Translations under genes and position numbers: made by a program
DNA from: Elusimicrobiota bacterium
GTDB taxonomy: Bacteria; Elusimicrobiota; Elusimicrobia; UBA1565; UBA9628
DNA length: 64,000 bases
Assembly (NCBI GenBank): GCA_003151975.1
Contig: PLZD01000067.1
Location: forward strand, 1,143 to 65,142
Direction of reading: 5' to 3'
The notes under the pieces: generated by a model
What the model was told of the DNA's origin: nothing
The model's database searches: none
The model's input: the letters and a program-made list of their open reading frames with translations, nothing else
Shown here: one piece after another, positions 38,099 through 47,401 of the stretch
Position numbering within the stretch: the stretch's first letter is position 1
Layout: the number at the start of each line of letters is the position of its first letter

Positions 38099-39615
38099 AC
38101 CGAGGTAACGCCATGAAGACGACGCTCTCGCAAATGATGAAGACTGCGGCCTTGCTGGGCCTGTTCGCCCTGCTCTGTCCCCGCGCGGCGCACGCTGTTG
38201 ATTTCGCCGAGCGCTCCGCGGTGACGCCCGGCGTCCAGCTCAAGCTTGTGACGCTCGACCCGAAGATCGGCGCGCTCGGCAAGCCCGGCGACGGCATCAG
38301 CATCGACCCCCTCGCGGCCCAGCTTCACAATGTCCTGACCGCGGCCGGCCTCTTGACCGAGGCCCCCGGCCAGATCGCGATCCTCACGATCCCTCAGCCC
38401 TTGGCGACGATTTCCAACGGCCCTAAAGCCGCCAACGACGTCGGGACTCCGGCGGAGGCCTCGCAGGCGCGTCTTGCCGAGATCACTAAGACGGTTGTGG
38501 ATATGCCCGACATCTCGAAGGCCGAAGGCACGGATGCCTCCGGCGCTGGACGCACGCTCTCCGACGCCGTCACCGGAGAGAAGACGGTCCACGCCGGCGC
38601 CGTCGAGGCCGAGGCGACGCCGACGGCTCCCGCTAAGCCGCTCAAGCAGCAAATCACCGAGGGCAAAGCCGTCGTCGACGGCATCCGCTCCGAAGTCAGC
38701 AAGGTCATCGTCGGCCAGAATGAAATGATCAACTCGATCATCATGACGATGATCGCGCGCCAGCACGTTCTGCTCGAAGGTCTGCCCGGCGTCGGCAAAA
38801 CCGAAACCGCCAAGGCCTTCGCCGACGCGATCGACGGCTCGTTCCAGCGCGTGCAGGGCACTTCCGACAAGCTGCCCTCCGACATCCTCGGCACCGAGGT
38901 CCTTCAAGAGGACCCGGCCACCGGCAAGAAGTTCTGGGAGCTCTCTAAGGGCCCCATCTTCACGAACATCCTGCTCGCCGACGAAATCAACCGCATGCCG
39001 CCCAAGGCCCAGGCGTCCTTGCTCGAAGCCATGGCCGAAGGCCGCGTGACCATCGGCCGCCAGACGGTCGACCTGCAGCGCTTCACGGTGCTCGCCACGC
39101 AAAACCCCGTCGAGCAGGACGGCACCTACCGCCTGCCCGAGGCGCAGCTCGACCGCTTCATGTTCAAGGTGCTCGTGCCTCAGCCGAGCGCGTCGGATTT
39201 GAAGGTCATCATGGAGCGCAACCGGTCGAAGGAGAACCGCCCGAAAGCGTCCAAGGTCACGAACTTGGCGCAGTTGGACGACATCCGGCGCACCGCCGAG
39301 CAGATCCCGATGGACGCTCAGATCGAGGACTACATCATCAAGATCGTCATGGCCGCCAAGGAGCACGCCGATCTCAAGGATAGTGTGGAATACAGCGTCT
39401 ACACGCGCGCGGCGATCTTCATGGCGCAGGCCGCCCGCATCCACGCCTTGATGGAAGGGCGCGATTGGGTGAGCCCCGCGGATGTGCGCGCGGTAGCACC
39501 CCTCGTCATGCGGCACCGCATCGTGCTCAACTACCAGGCCGCCGGCACGACGTCCGACCAGGTCATCACGAAGATTCTCGACTTGGTCGCTCCGCCGAAG
39601 GTCGCGGCCAAGTAA
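38095..39615 (+). CDS. MoxR-family AAA+ ATPase (AAA_3) with N-terminal signal-anchor and ~190 aa Ala/Pro/Thr-rich extension
   Basis: 506 aa; ATGA overlap with the megaprotein stop; Walker [10 protein letters not shown], Walker B LLADEINR, sensor ATQNP; N-terminal hydrophobic segment [20 protein letters not shown]. Confidence 0.88.
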   Translation: MNRGNAMKTTLSQMMKTAALLGLFALLCPRAAHAVDFAERSAVTPGVQLKLVTLDPKIGALGKPGDGISIDPLAAQLHNVLTAAGLLTEAPGQIAILTIPQPLATISNGPKAANDVGTPAEASQARLAEITKTVVDMPDISKAEGTDASGAGRTLSDAVTGEKTVHAGAVEAEATPTAPAKPLKQQITEGKAVVDGIRSEVSKVIVGQNEMINSIIMTMIARQHVLLEGLPGVGKTETAKAFADAIDGSFQRVQGTSDKLPSDILGTEVLQEDPATGKKFWELSKGPIFTNILLADEINRMPPKAQASLLEAMAEGRVTIGRQTVDLQRFTVLATQNPVEQDGTYRLPEAQLDRFMFKVLVPQPSASDLKVIMERNRSKENRPKASKVTNLAQLDDIRRTAEQIPMDAQIEDYIIKIVMAAKEHADLKDSVEYSVYTRAAIFMAQAARIHALMEGRDWVSPADVRAVAPLVMRHRIVLNYQAAGTTSDQVITKILDLVAPPKVAAK

Positions 39616-39637
39616 GTTTCAGGCTGTCGCAATAAAA

Positions 39638-39666
39638 CGAGGCCCCCGAAAGGGGGCCTTTGTTTT
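39638..39666 (+). terminator. rho-independent terminator after moxR
   Basis: GGCCCCC-gaaa-GGGGGCC perfect 7 bp GC stem followed by TTTGTTTT. Confidence 0.85.
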
Positions 39667-39722
39667 GCCGGCAGAGTTTTCTCATATACAACAGACCGGC
39701 TTGTTCGTATGATCTGTGCTGC

Positions 39723-41471
39723 ATGCGGGTTCTTTGCTCAGGCCTTCGTTTCCTTTGCGTCGGCGTCGTTCTCGCGTCTGCGTGCGGTTCCGGCGATCAA
39801 CTGCGCGCGGCGTCGCCCGCAGCCTGCGAACAGTCGTTGATCTCGTCGTGGCAGCAGTCTCTCCCCTCGGTGGGATTTGCGAGCGCCGCGTCGGCGGCCG
39901 CGTATGACGCCGAGATCGCGGCCCTTCTTGATCGTCCCTGGATGGGGCATCCGCTGTCCACGTATCCGGGAGGACGCTGGCCCGCCGTCTCGGTGGCGGT
40001 CGTCCAGCAAGGCAGGCTCGTCTTCGCCAAGAGCTATGGCTTTGCGAATATCTCGCAGCCTCAGCTGGCCCACCCCGATGACCTCTTCCGTCTGGCAAGC
40101 GACAGCAAGCAGATCACCGGCGCCGTGATCTTGAAGCTGATCGCCGACGGTCAATCGGTCGACGGCGATCCGGCGCATCGGCTGACTCTGCAGAGCAAGG
40201 TCTTCCAGATCCTGGCCAGTCCGCCCGGTGCCCTCGCGCCGCTCGCGGGGCCCGGGACGCTTCATGCGGACCTCGACGACATCACGGTCGAGGATCTCCT
40301 GCACCACGCAGGCGGATGGAACGGCGGCGTCGGCGATCCGGTAGACTACGCCGGCAAGCCGGGGGCCGTCCTTCCGCCGACCGACAAGGATGTGGTCCGG
40401 TACATGATGAACCAGCCGGTCCAGCACAGGCCGCATGGCAGCACTTACTGCTACTCGAATTTTGGCTACAACGTGCTGGCGACTTTGGTCGAGAAGATAA
40501 CAGGCCGATCCTATGAGAGCGTCGCAAAAGACCTCGTGCTGCGGCCCTTGGGCATCACGCGCATGAAAATCGGTGATTCGCTCAAATCCGGTGCCGGCGA
40601 GGTCACGTACTACGCGGCCGAGGGCGGTGGAAACTTGAGGTCGCTGTTTCCAGAGATGACCGGGCCCACGGTCTCCGGAGAGGACGCGCCCTACGGCAGT
40701 TGGTCTCTCTACGCGGGCCGGGGCGCGGGCGGCTGGATTGGTTCTGCGATGGACATGGTGCGTTTTCAGATCGGCGTGGATGGGACGGGCCCGGTCCAGC
40801 TTTTCTCCTCGCCGCAAGCGATGGTCTCGAGCGCCAATATCTCGCCTAACGCCTGCTACCCAAATTACAATCCGGCGACGCAGTGGTACAACGCCGGCTG
40901 GATCGTCGTCAAAAACGGCGTGTGGGGACATGACGGCGGCGCCACGGGCGCGGGAAGCAACACGACGAAGCTTCCCAACGGCGACGGCTACGCGGCCGTC
41001 ATCAATATGTCCGCAGCGCCCCCGAAGGGAGAAGTCTTCGATTGGGACGGGGCTCTCTCGAGAGCTTACCATCGCACGCTCGCCAACGGCGGCTCGTTTT
41101 TAAAAACCGACCTTTTCGATCAATTTGGAGAGTGGACCGCGTGGCGCGGCAAGGCCGGCATTTCATCGAACGCCGCTCATGATCTTGGCGCCGGCTGCGC
41201 GTACAAGGGGAAAAACTATTCCGCGTGCTATCCTTCGCGAATCGAGGGACGGCAGACCCGGGCGGGGGCAAGCTACCGGGCCGAGTTCGTGCCGCTGCAT
41301 GCCGGAGGCGAGGTTAAATACTCTTTGGGAGCCGCCTGCAATGACTTCGCGGCGATGGATAAGAAATATTTGAGCGGCGGTTATCACCGAGTCAACCTTC
41401 AATGGTTCGAGGACCCGGCGGGGCGCATGCGCTTTCAAAGCGTGTGGGTCAAGGCGGCCGACCGGCGTTGA
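39723..41471 (+). CDS. beta-lactamase-fold serine hydrolase lipoprotein (PBP4/AmpC/esterase family) with ~200 aa C-terminal extension
   Basis: Lipobox LASAC; SDSK (SxxK) and YSN motifs; ATG about 63 nt into the track ORF (MRVLCSGLRF...). Confidence 0.75.
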   Translation: MRVLCSGLRFLCVGVVLASACGSGDQLRAASPAACEQSLISSWQQSLPSVGFASAASAAAYDAEIAALLDRPWMGHPLSTYPGGRWPAVSVAVVQQGRLVFAKSYGFANISQPQLAHPDDLFRLASDSKQITGAVILKLIADGQSVDGDPAHRLTLQSKVFQILASPPGALAPLAGPGTLHADLDDITVEDLLHHAGGWNGGVGDPVDYAGKPGAVLPPTDKDVVRYMMNQPVQHRPHGSTYCYSNFGYNVLATLVEKITGRSYESVAKDLVLRPLGITRMKIGDSLKSGAGEVTYYAAEGGGNLRSLFPEMTGPTVSGEDAPYGSWSLYAGRGAGGWIGSAMDMVRFQIGVDGTGPVQLFSSPQAMVSSANISPNACYPNYNPATQWYNAGWIVVKNGVWGHDGGATGAGSNTTKLPNGDGYAAVINMSAAPPKGEVFDWDGALSRAYHRTLANGGSFLKTDLFDQFGEWTAWRGKAGISSNAAHDLGAGCAYKGKNYSACYPSRIEGRQTRAGASYRAEFVPLHAGGEVKYSLGAACNDFAAMDKKYLSGGYHRVNLQWFEDPAGRMRFQSVWVKAADRR

Positions 41472-41486
41472 TGGGGTGAAGTTTGA

Positions 41487-42077
41487 TCAGGGCTTGGGCG
41501 CGCGGCCGCCCATCCACTTCAGCGCCGCGCCCGACGGTTTATGGCGGGAGAAAAGATCCAGCAGCTCCGACGGATCATTTGCTTCGTAGAAAAGCGAGCG
41601 ATGCTCGGCGCGGATCAGGCCCTGATCCACGGAATGATCGACGAACTTTAAGAAGTGATCGAAGTAGCCGTCGATGTTGAGCAGGCCGCAGGGTTTTTGA
41701 TGAATGCCGAGTTGCGCCCAGGTCACGATCTCGCAGAACTCGTCCATGGTCCCGAAGCCGCCGGGCAGAGCGATGAAGCCGTCGGAGAGCTTGGCCATCA
41801 TGGCTTTGCGCGCGTGCATCGAGCCCACGACCTTTAAATCGGAAAGATTCGCGTGAGCGACTTCGAGCTTAACCAATTGTTTCGTTATGACGCCGACGAC
41901 TTCGCCGCCCTCCGCGAGCACGGAATCTGCGATGGCGCCCATCAAGCCCACGCTCGCACCCCCGTAAACGAGGCCTAAACCGCGCCTAGCCATCAATTTA
42001 CCGAGGGTGACGGCCGCCGACCTAAACGAATCGCTTTTACCGGAATTTGAGCCGCAAAAGACGCAGATTCTTTTCAT
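41487..42077 (-). CDS. LOG family cytokinin riboside 5-prime-monophosphate phosphoribohydrolase / Rossmann-fold nucleotide-binding protein
   Basis: 196 aa; ICVFCGSNSG, GGASVGLMG, PGGFGTMDE motifs. Confidence 0.88.
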   Translation of the reverse strand: MKRICVFCGSNSGKSDSFRSAAVTLGKLMARRGLGLVYGGASVGLMGAIADSVLAEGGEVVGVITKQLVKLEVAHANLSDLKVVGSMHARKAMMAKLSDGFIALPGGFGTMDEFCEIVTWAQLGIHQKPCGLLNIDGYFDHFLKFVDHSVDQGLIRAEHRSLFYEANDPSELLDLFSRHKPSGAALKWMGGRAPKP

Positions 42078-43429
42078 CGCAAAGTGAGGTTCAGAGCCCA
42101 GACCATGAACAATACCAGCGGCACATGCACGACGAACTGCAGCGCCGTGTAGCCGACGATGTCGCGCGCCTTAAGGCCGAGAATCCCCAACAGCGGCAGC
42201 ATGAAGAAGGGATGGATCAAATTCGGCAAGGCTTCGGCCGCGTTGTAGATCTGCACGACCCAGCCCAGGTGCACCTGTAAAGTTTTAGCGGCCTCGAGCA
42301 GGTAGGGCGCCTCGATGAGCCACTTGCCGCCGCCCGACGGAATGAAAAGACCCAGCACCGCCGAATAAACGCCGACGAGCAGAGGATAGCTCTCGCGCGT
42401 GGACGCCGAGACGAACAAGTGCGCCAAGGACGAGGCCAGGCCTGACTCGGTCAGCATCTTGAGTATGCCCGCGTAGAGCGGATATTGGATCAAGATTCCC
42501 GCGGTTGCCGGGACCGAAGCACTGACCGCCTGCATATAAGATCTTGGGCGCCAATGCAGAAGCAATCCAATGATCCAGAAAACGAAGATGTAGTTGTTGA
42601 GCTCGAGCAGTTCGCTCAAGCCCTTGTCGCGCACGGTCGCGTATAGATATCCCGCGCCGCACAGTGAAAGAAAAACGCTCAATAGGGGCGAATGCTCGAG
42701 CCACTCGCCGGGCTTCGTGGGTTTCCCGGACTTGAAATGAACGGGCTCATACGCCAGGCCCATGTCCGACATCGACTTGGCGGCGCTGGCTGGCGGCGCG
42801 GAGGCCGCCGCGATCGTGACCGTGACCGTAATCAGCAATCCCGCGAGCAGCGCGCTCTGCCAAAGCCCCAAAGTCTGCGAGAGGGGGATGACGCCGCTGA
42901 CTTGCATCAAGCCGGGCGGTATCGAGCCGGGAGCCGCCATGATCAAGGCGGCCGATGACGACAAGCCCAGCGCCCAGGTCGAGCCCAATCCCATGTACGC
43001 GGCGGCCCCAAGAGCGCGGTAATCCGAACCTTTGACGCGATGCGCGACTTCCCGGGCCAAGAATCCCGAAAAGATCAGGCTGAAGCTCCACGAAAGCAAA
43101 GAAGTCAGCATCGAGAACAGCGCGACAAAGGCCACGGCCGAGCGCCCGTTCTTCGGAATGCCGGCCAACTTCTGAATCAAGGAATAAACGGCAGGCGAAG
43201 TCGCCACCGCGTAGCCGCAGACCAGCACCATCGCCATTTGCAGCGTGAACTTCATGAGATCCCAGAAGCCCGCGCCAAACCACTGCGCCGTCTGCAAAGG
43301 CGTCGCGCCCGCGCCGAGACAGGCGAAGAAAACCGCGAGCACGGCGCACAGCGCCAGCACGAACGAGTCGGGAAACCAGCGCTCGAACCAGTCGGACAGC
43401 TTGATGCCGGCGCGCGCCAGTCGATTCAT
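42074..43429 (-). CDS. atoE: short-chain fatty acid transporter AtoE family
   Basis: 451 aa; close match by memory to E. coli AtoE blocks (AREVAHRVKGSDY, IPSGGGKW, GILIQYPLYAGI). Confidence 0.8.
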   Translation of the reverse strand: MNRLARAGIKLSDWFERWFPDSFVLALCAVLAVFFACLGAGATPLQTAQWFGAGFWDLMKFTLQMAMVLVCGYAVATSPAVYSLIQKLAGIPKNGRSAVAFVALFSMLTSLLSWSFSLIFSGFLAREVAHRVKGSDYRALGAAAYMGLGSTWALGLSSSAALIMAAPGSIPPGLMQVSGVIPLSQTLGLWQSALLAGLLITVTVTIAAASAPPASAAKSMSDMGLAYEPVHFKSGKPTKPGEWLEHSPLLSVFLSLCGAGYLYATVRDKGLSELLELNNYIFVFWIIGLLLHWRPRSYMQAVSASVPATAGILIQYPLYAGILKMLTESGLASSLAHLFVSASTRESYPLLVGVYSAVLGLFIPSGGGKWLIEAPYLLEAAKTLQVHLGWVVQIYNAAEALPNLIHPFFMLPLLGILGLKARDIVGYTALQFVVHVPLVLFMVWALNLTLR

Positions 43430-43554
43430 GCGGGCTCATACTATCAAAAGGAGCGCTTAGGCCAATAGGGCCGATCTTGCCGGGACCAAAGATGAGCCGT
43501 CGTTGGGTCCATTGGCCCAAGCTGGCATGGCGTGAAACCCCTACAATGGGGTTG

Positions 43555-46527
43555 ATGAGGAGAATGTTGTCGCTCGCGCTTTTGGCCATGTTCGCAATGC
43601 CGTTATTTGCGGGCGAGTCCGTCGAGGTCAGAATCACGGGCTTTGACGCGGCCCCCAAGGCGCTTGGCACGGGCACTTCGCCTCTGCGCCTCGTCCCGAC
43701 CGGCGTCAACAACATTCCCCAGCTTCCCGCGGGCATCACCGATTTGAAGACGTACGACGGCCCCATGGGCGCGTTCCAGATGCCCGCGGCTTCATACTTG
43801 CCTCAATACGAGGTTTCAAAAGGCGCGGTCGTAGCCCCGGGACTGCGGCTCGCGACCCCCGAGGAGGGGGCGACTCCCGAAGCCATTGGGCCCAAGAGCG
43901 AACTCTCCGAGACCGGTCCGGCCAACCACGATTCCGAGAAGCCATCCGCGAAGGCCGAGCTCAACGCCGCGGGCGTCGAGGGTGCTTCCAATCCGCAGGC
44001 GCCCGCCGAGGACCTGGCCGCGGGCGAAAAGAAAGTTTTCGACGGCGAAAGCGCGACGACTCTGACTTACGCCGAAGTGGCCCCGAGCCGCATAGGACGG
44101 TTACTCAACGCGGCGGGGTCCCTGCTCAGCCGCGGCGTCAAGCGCGTGCTGCCGGCAAAGAAGGTCGACGCTCCTCCGACGACCGACGCCTACGGCGGCC
44201 CGCAGCGGCTCGAGCTGGGCTTCAAGGGCAAGATTTCCTACGGCCTCAAGTGGGGCCTCAACATGATCGGCCTAGGCGCGCTGGTCAACGTCGCGGCCAA
44301 GTTCTTCGCGATGATCCTGCCGTGGCAGCTGCTCGTTCCCGATTCCATGCTGCAGTCCGCCGGCCGTGCCGAGCTCTTGGCGCGCATGGGTCCCAAGGCG
44401 GTCGACGCGGCCTTGGTCCACTCGCCGTGGCACTTTCTCTTCGTGCAGCTGCCCAGCGCCACGTTCTGGGAGGAAGCCGGCACCCTTCCCATGATGCTGA
44501 CCGCCGTCGGCTTCCGCGGGCTTGAGCTCGGCGTGCTGTGGTTCATACTCAAGGGCGCGCGCAACGCCGCAAACGCGCTGTCGCAGAAAATCGGCCAGCC
44601 GGTTTTGAAGACGATCCTCGCCGCTTTGGGCGCGATTTCAAACAAGAAAGTTTTCTACGCCGCGCTGGCGCTCACCGTCGTGAGCTTCGTCGCTCCGCCC
44701 CTGCATATCGCGCTCGCGCCGCTGACTTACTCCGCGCTCGGTTCGCGCTTGTTCGGCTTCGGCGTGCTGTGGAGCGCGCTGGCCGCGGTCCGCCCCGTCG
44801 CTGACCAGCTGGCCAAGTGGCTCGAGGCGGTTCCCGATCTCATGGGCGTGCGCAGCGGCGCGCAATCCGCGCTCGGCCACATCGGCGGCATTTCAAAGAA
44901 GGCCTTCCCGATGGCCGCTTTCGTCTCGGCTTTGGCATTCGCCGCTAATCACTTCGCGGCCTGGGGCGTGAGCCCGTCGCTGATCGTTTTGCAGACGACG
45001 ATGGGCGCGACCTTGGCCTACATTAGCTACAAGACGCGCAGTCTCTTCGTGCCCTTCGTGGCGCACTACGCTTTCAACTTGCTGACTTTGGGCGGCGCGC
45101 TGCTCGCGGCCCACTTCCTCATGCCGATGGTAGCGCAGATCTACACGCTGGGCCTCGGCGTGACGGGAGTCGCTTTCCTTTATTACAACTGGCGCGCCAA
45201 CCACAAGACGAAGGCTCAGGCCAAGGCTCAGCACAAAGCGGATTTGATGGCGCGCGCCGGCAAAGTCGTCTTGCCTGTTCTCTTGATGGCGATGACGGCC
45301 GGCTCCTTGATCGGGCCCGGTCATCTGACCAAGTCCTTTAATGAGGCCGCCAACAACAAAGCCGCTCAGACTTGGACCGTGCAGGACGTGGACAAAGCCG
45401 ACAAGAAGGCTGAGTCCACGCCCGCGGCCGCCAAGCCCGCCGCCGATACCGCCAAGGCCCAGCCGGTGCGCGTCAGCCTCTCGCAGGCCATCGACATCAT
45501 GACGATCCAGGCCACCGCCAAGGCCAAGCCCGCCGTGGTCAAGATTTTTTCGGGCAACGCTTTGGGCTCGGGCTACATCATCTCGGCCGACGGCATCGTG
45601 ATCTCCAACGCCCACGTGACCGGGGCGGCGGAGGTCGGCGACATTCTGAACATGGAGTTCTCCGACGGCACCACCGGCAAGGTCAAGGTTCTGGCTTTCA
45701 ACCACAACAAGGACATCGCGATCTTGCAGCTGCCGGCAAAAGAGGGCGGCTGGCCGTTCATCCCGCTAGGCGATAGTAAGAAGCTCTCCGAGGGCCAGGG
45801 CGTGCTCGCGATGGGTTATCCGCTCGGCCTGCCCTTCACCGTGACGCGCGGCATCATCAGCGGCATCGGCGGCGGCCGCGGCAGCATCTACGTCCAGCAG
45901 ATCCAGACCGACGCGGCCATCAATCACGGCAACTCCGGCGGCGCGCTCATCAACATGGACGGCGAGGTCATCGCGATGAACACCGCGATCGCCGCCCCCA
46001 CGCCCGAGAGCGGCTCGATCGGCATCGGCTTTTCGATAACGTCGGAGGATATCAAGGCGGCGCTGAGTCAATACGCGGCCATGGGCAACATCAACACTTC
46101 TTGGATCGGCATCATCGTCAATCAGGCCAACCCGACGGCCCCTGATCAAGGAGTGCTCATCGAGGTCGTCCGGCCGGGCTCGCCCGCCGATAAGGCGGGG
46201 CTGCGCGGCGGCGACCTGCTGCTCGGCGCCGAGAAGCACCGCTTCGACAAGGGACCGCGCGGCCTGGAGGCGCTGGCCCGCACCATCGCTCAGCACAAGC
46301 CCGGCGAGAAGATCGAGGTGCTCGTGGCGCGTCAGGGCGACGTGGCGCCGGTCGCCGTCACTTTGGCCAACGAGCCCGGCTCGCCGACGGCAGTCGCCGC
46401 TCCCGCCGCGACGACTCCCGCCGCACCCGCACCCGCGCCCGCACCGAAGCCTTCGCTGTGGGGGCGCTTCACCGGCGCCTTGTCCGAGATCCTGCGGGCG
46501 ATCTTCTCCGGCCTCTCTCCTAAATAA
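43555..46527 (+). CDS. secreted/membrane fusion protease: N-terminal periplasmic region, CPBP (CAAX/Abi) intramembrane protease-like domain, HtrA-like trypsin serine protease and PDZ
   Basis: Signal peptide MRRMLSLALLAMFAMPLFAGE (alternative starts 43546 and 43564; track TTG 43477). CPBP motifs WEEAG, FAANH, HYAFN. Trypsin triad NAHV, NKDIAIL, GNSGGAL. PDZ GVLIEVVRPGSPADKAGL. Confidence 0.8.
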   Translation: MRRMLSLALLAMFAMPLFAGESVEVRITGFDAAPKALGTGTSPLRLVPTGVNNIPQLPAGITDLKTYDGPMGAFQMPAASYLPQYEVSKGAVVAPGLRLATPEEGATPEAIGPKSELSETGPANHDSEKPSAKAELNAAGVEGASNPQAPAEDLAAGEKKVFDGESATTLTYAEVAPSRIGRLLNAAGSLLSRGVKRVLPAKKVDAPPTTDAYGGPQRLELGFKGKISYGLKWGLNMIGLGALVNVAAKFFAMILPWQLLVPDSMLQSAGRAELLARMGPKAVDAALVHSPWHFLFVQLPSATFWEEAGTLPMMLTAVGFRGLELGVLWFILKGARNAANALSQKIGQPVLKTILAALGAISNKKVFYAALALTVVSFVAPPLHIALAPLTYSALGSRLFGFGVLWSALAAVRPVADQLAKWLEAVPDLMGVRSGAQSALGHIGGISKKAFPMAAFVSALAFAANHFAAWGVSPSLIVLQTTMGATLAYISYKTRSLFVPFVAHYAFNLLTLGGALLAAHFLMPMVAQIYTLGLGVTGVAFLYYNWRANHKTKAQAKAQHKADLMARAGKVVLPVLLMAMTAGSLIGPGHLTKSFNEAANNKAAQTWTVQDVDKADKKAESTPAAAKPAADTAKAQPVRVSLSQAIDIMTIQATAKAKPAVVKIFSGNALGSGYIISADGIVISNAHVTGAAEVGDILNMEFSDGTTGKVKVLAFNHNKDIAILQLPAKEGGWPFIPLGDSKKLSEGQGVLAMGYPLGLPFTVTRGIISGIGGGRGSIYVQQIQTDAAINHGNSGGALINMDGEVIAMNTAIAAPTPESGSIGIGFSITSEDIKAALSQYAAMGNINTSWIGIIVNQANPTAPDQGVLIEVVRPGSPADKAGLRGGDLLLGAEKHRFDKGPRGLEALARTIAQHKPGEKIEVLVARQGDVAPVAVTLANEPGSPTAVAAPAATTPAAPAPAPAPKPSLWGRFTGALSEILRAIFSGLSPK

Positions 46528-47401
46528 GGCCGAAGGCTTTTAGTTCGCGGCGGAGAACGGCGAGATTCTTGGGCGTCATCGTCGTCAGCGGCAAGCGCGG
46601 ATTGGGTCTGCAGAGCTTCATGAGCCCCAAAGCCGCCTTGACCGGGATAGGGTTGGTCTCGACGAACAGCGACTTGATCAGCGGGAACATCTTGAGATGA
46701 AGCTTGGCCGCCGCGTCCGTTTTGCCTTTTAGAAACAGCGCGCAGAGTTCCGCCGTCGCTTTGGGCGCGATGTTGGAGACCACCGAGATCACGCCCTTGG
46801 CGCCGGCCGCCATCATCGGCAAGGTCAGGCTGTCGTCACCCGAGAGCACGGTGAAAGAGGGCGGCACTAATGTGAGGATCTCGCTGACCTGATCCAAGGA
46901 GCCCGCGGCTTCCTTGACCGCGACGATGTTTGAGCAGGCCTTTGCCAATCGCGCGAGGGTCTTGGGCGCCAAGTTGACGGCGGTGCGGCCGGGGATGTTG
47001 TAGGCGATGATCGGCAGGCGCGTGCCGCGCGCGACGGCTTGAAAATGAGCGAAGAGGCCTTCCTGAGTGGGCTTGTTGTAGTACGGTGTCAGCACGAGCA
47101 AGGCGTCGGCGCCGAGAGATTCCGCCTCGCGCGCAAGCTCTAAAGCCTTCCAGGTGGCATTGGTTCCCACGCCCGCGATGACCGGCGTCTCGCCGCGCGA
47201 GACCTCCAGCGTGATCTCGATGACTCGCCGGTACTCGCCGTGGGTCAGCGTGGCCGCTTCGCCCGTCGAGCCGCAGGGCACAAGACCGGCGGTGCCGCCC
47301 TTGAGCTGGAGGGCCACCAAGCGCCGCAGAGTCTCCTCGTCGAGGCGCTCGGCCTTGTCGAAGGGAGTGACCAGCGCGGTGTATGAGCCTTGAAATTTCA
47401 T
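46520..47401 (-). CDS. dapA: 4-hydroxy-tetrahydrodipicolinate synthase
   Basis: Start MKFQGSYTALVTPF at 47401; Schiff-base Lys in AVKEAAG; the upstream 127 aa of the track ORF is rejected. Confidence 0.9.
   Translation of the reverse strand: MKFQGSYTALVTPFDKAERLDEETLRRLVALQLKGGTAGLVPCGSTGEAATLTHGEYRRVIEITLEVSRGETPVIAGVGTNATWKALELAREAESLGADALLVLTPYYNKPTQEGLFAHFQAVARGTRLPIIAYNIPGRTAVNLAPKTLARLAKACSNIVAVKEAAGSLDQVSEILTLVPPSFTVLSGDDSLTLPMMAAGAKGVISVVSNIAPKATAELCALFLKGKTDAAAKLHLKMFPLIKSLFVETNPIPVKAALGLMKLCRPNPRLPLTTMTPKNLAVLRRELKAFGLI

Noticed and set aside
39616-39722. Possible small RNA in the moxR-to-lipoprotein intergenic region
   Set aside because: The only structure is the intrinsic terminator hairpin. 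The rest is a short AT-richer promoter and RBS region for the downstream lipoprotein gene.
39659-39722. TTG start about 63 nt upstream for the beta-lactamase-fold lipoprotein (track start 39660)
   Set aside because: It would start inside the terminator T-tract. The ATG about 63 nt downstream gives a proper lipoprotein signal peptide with an LASAC lipobox.
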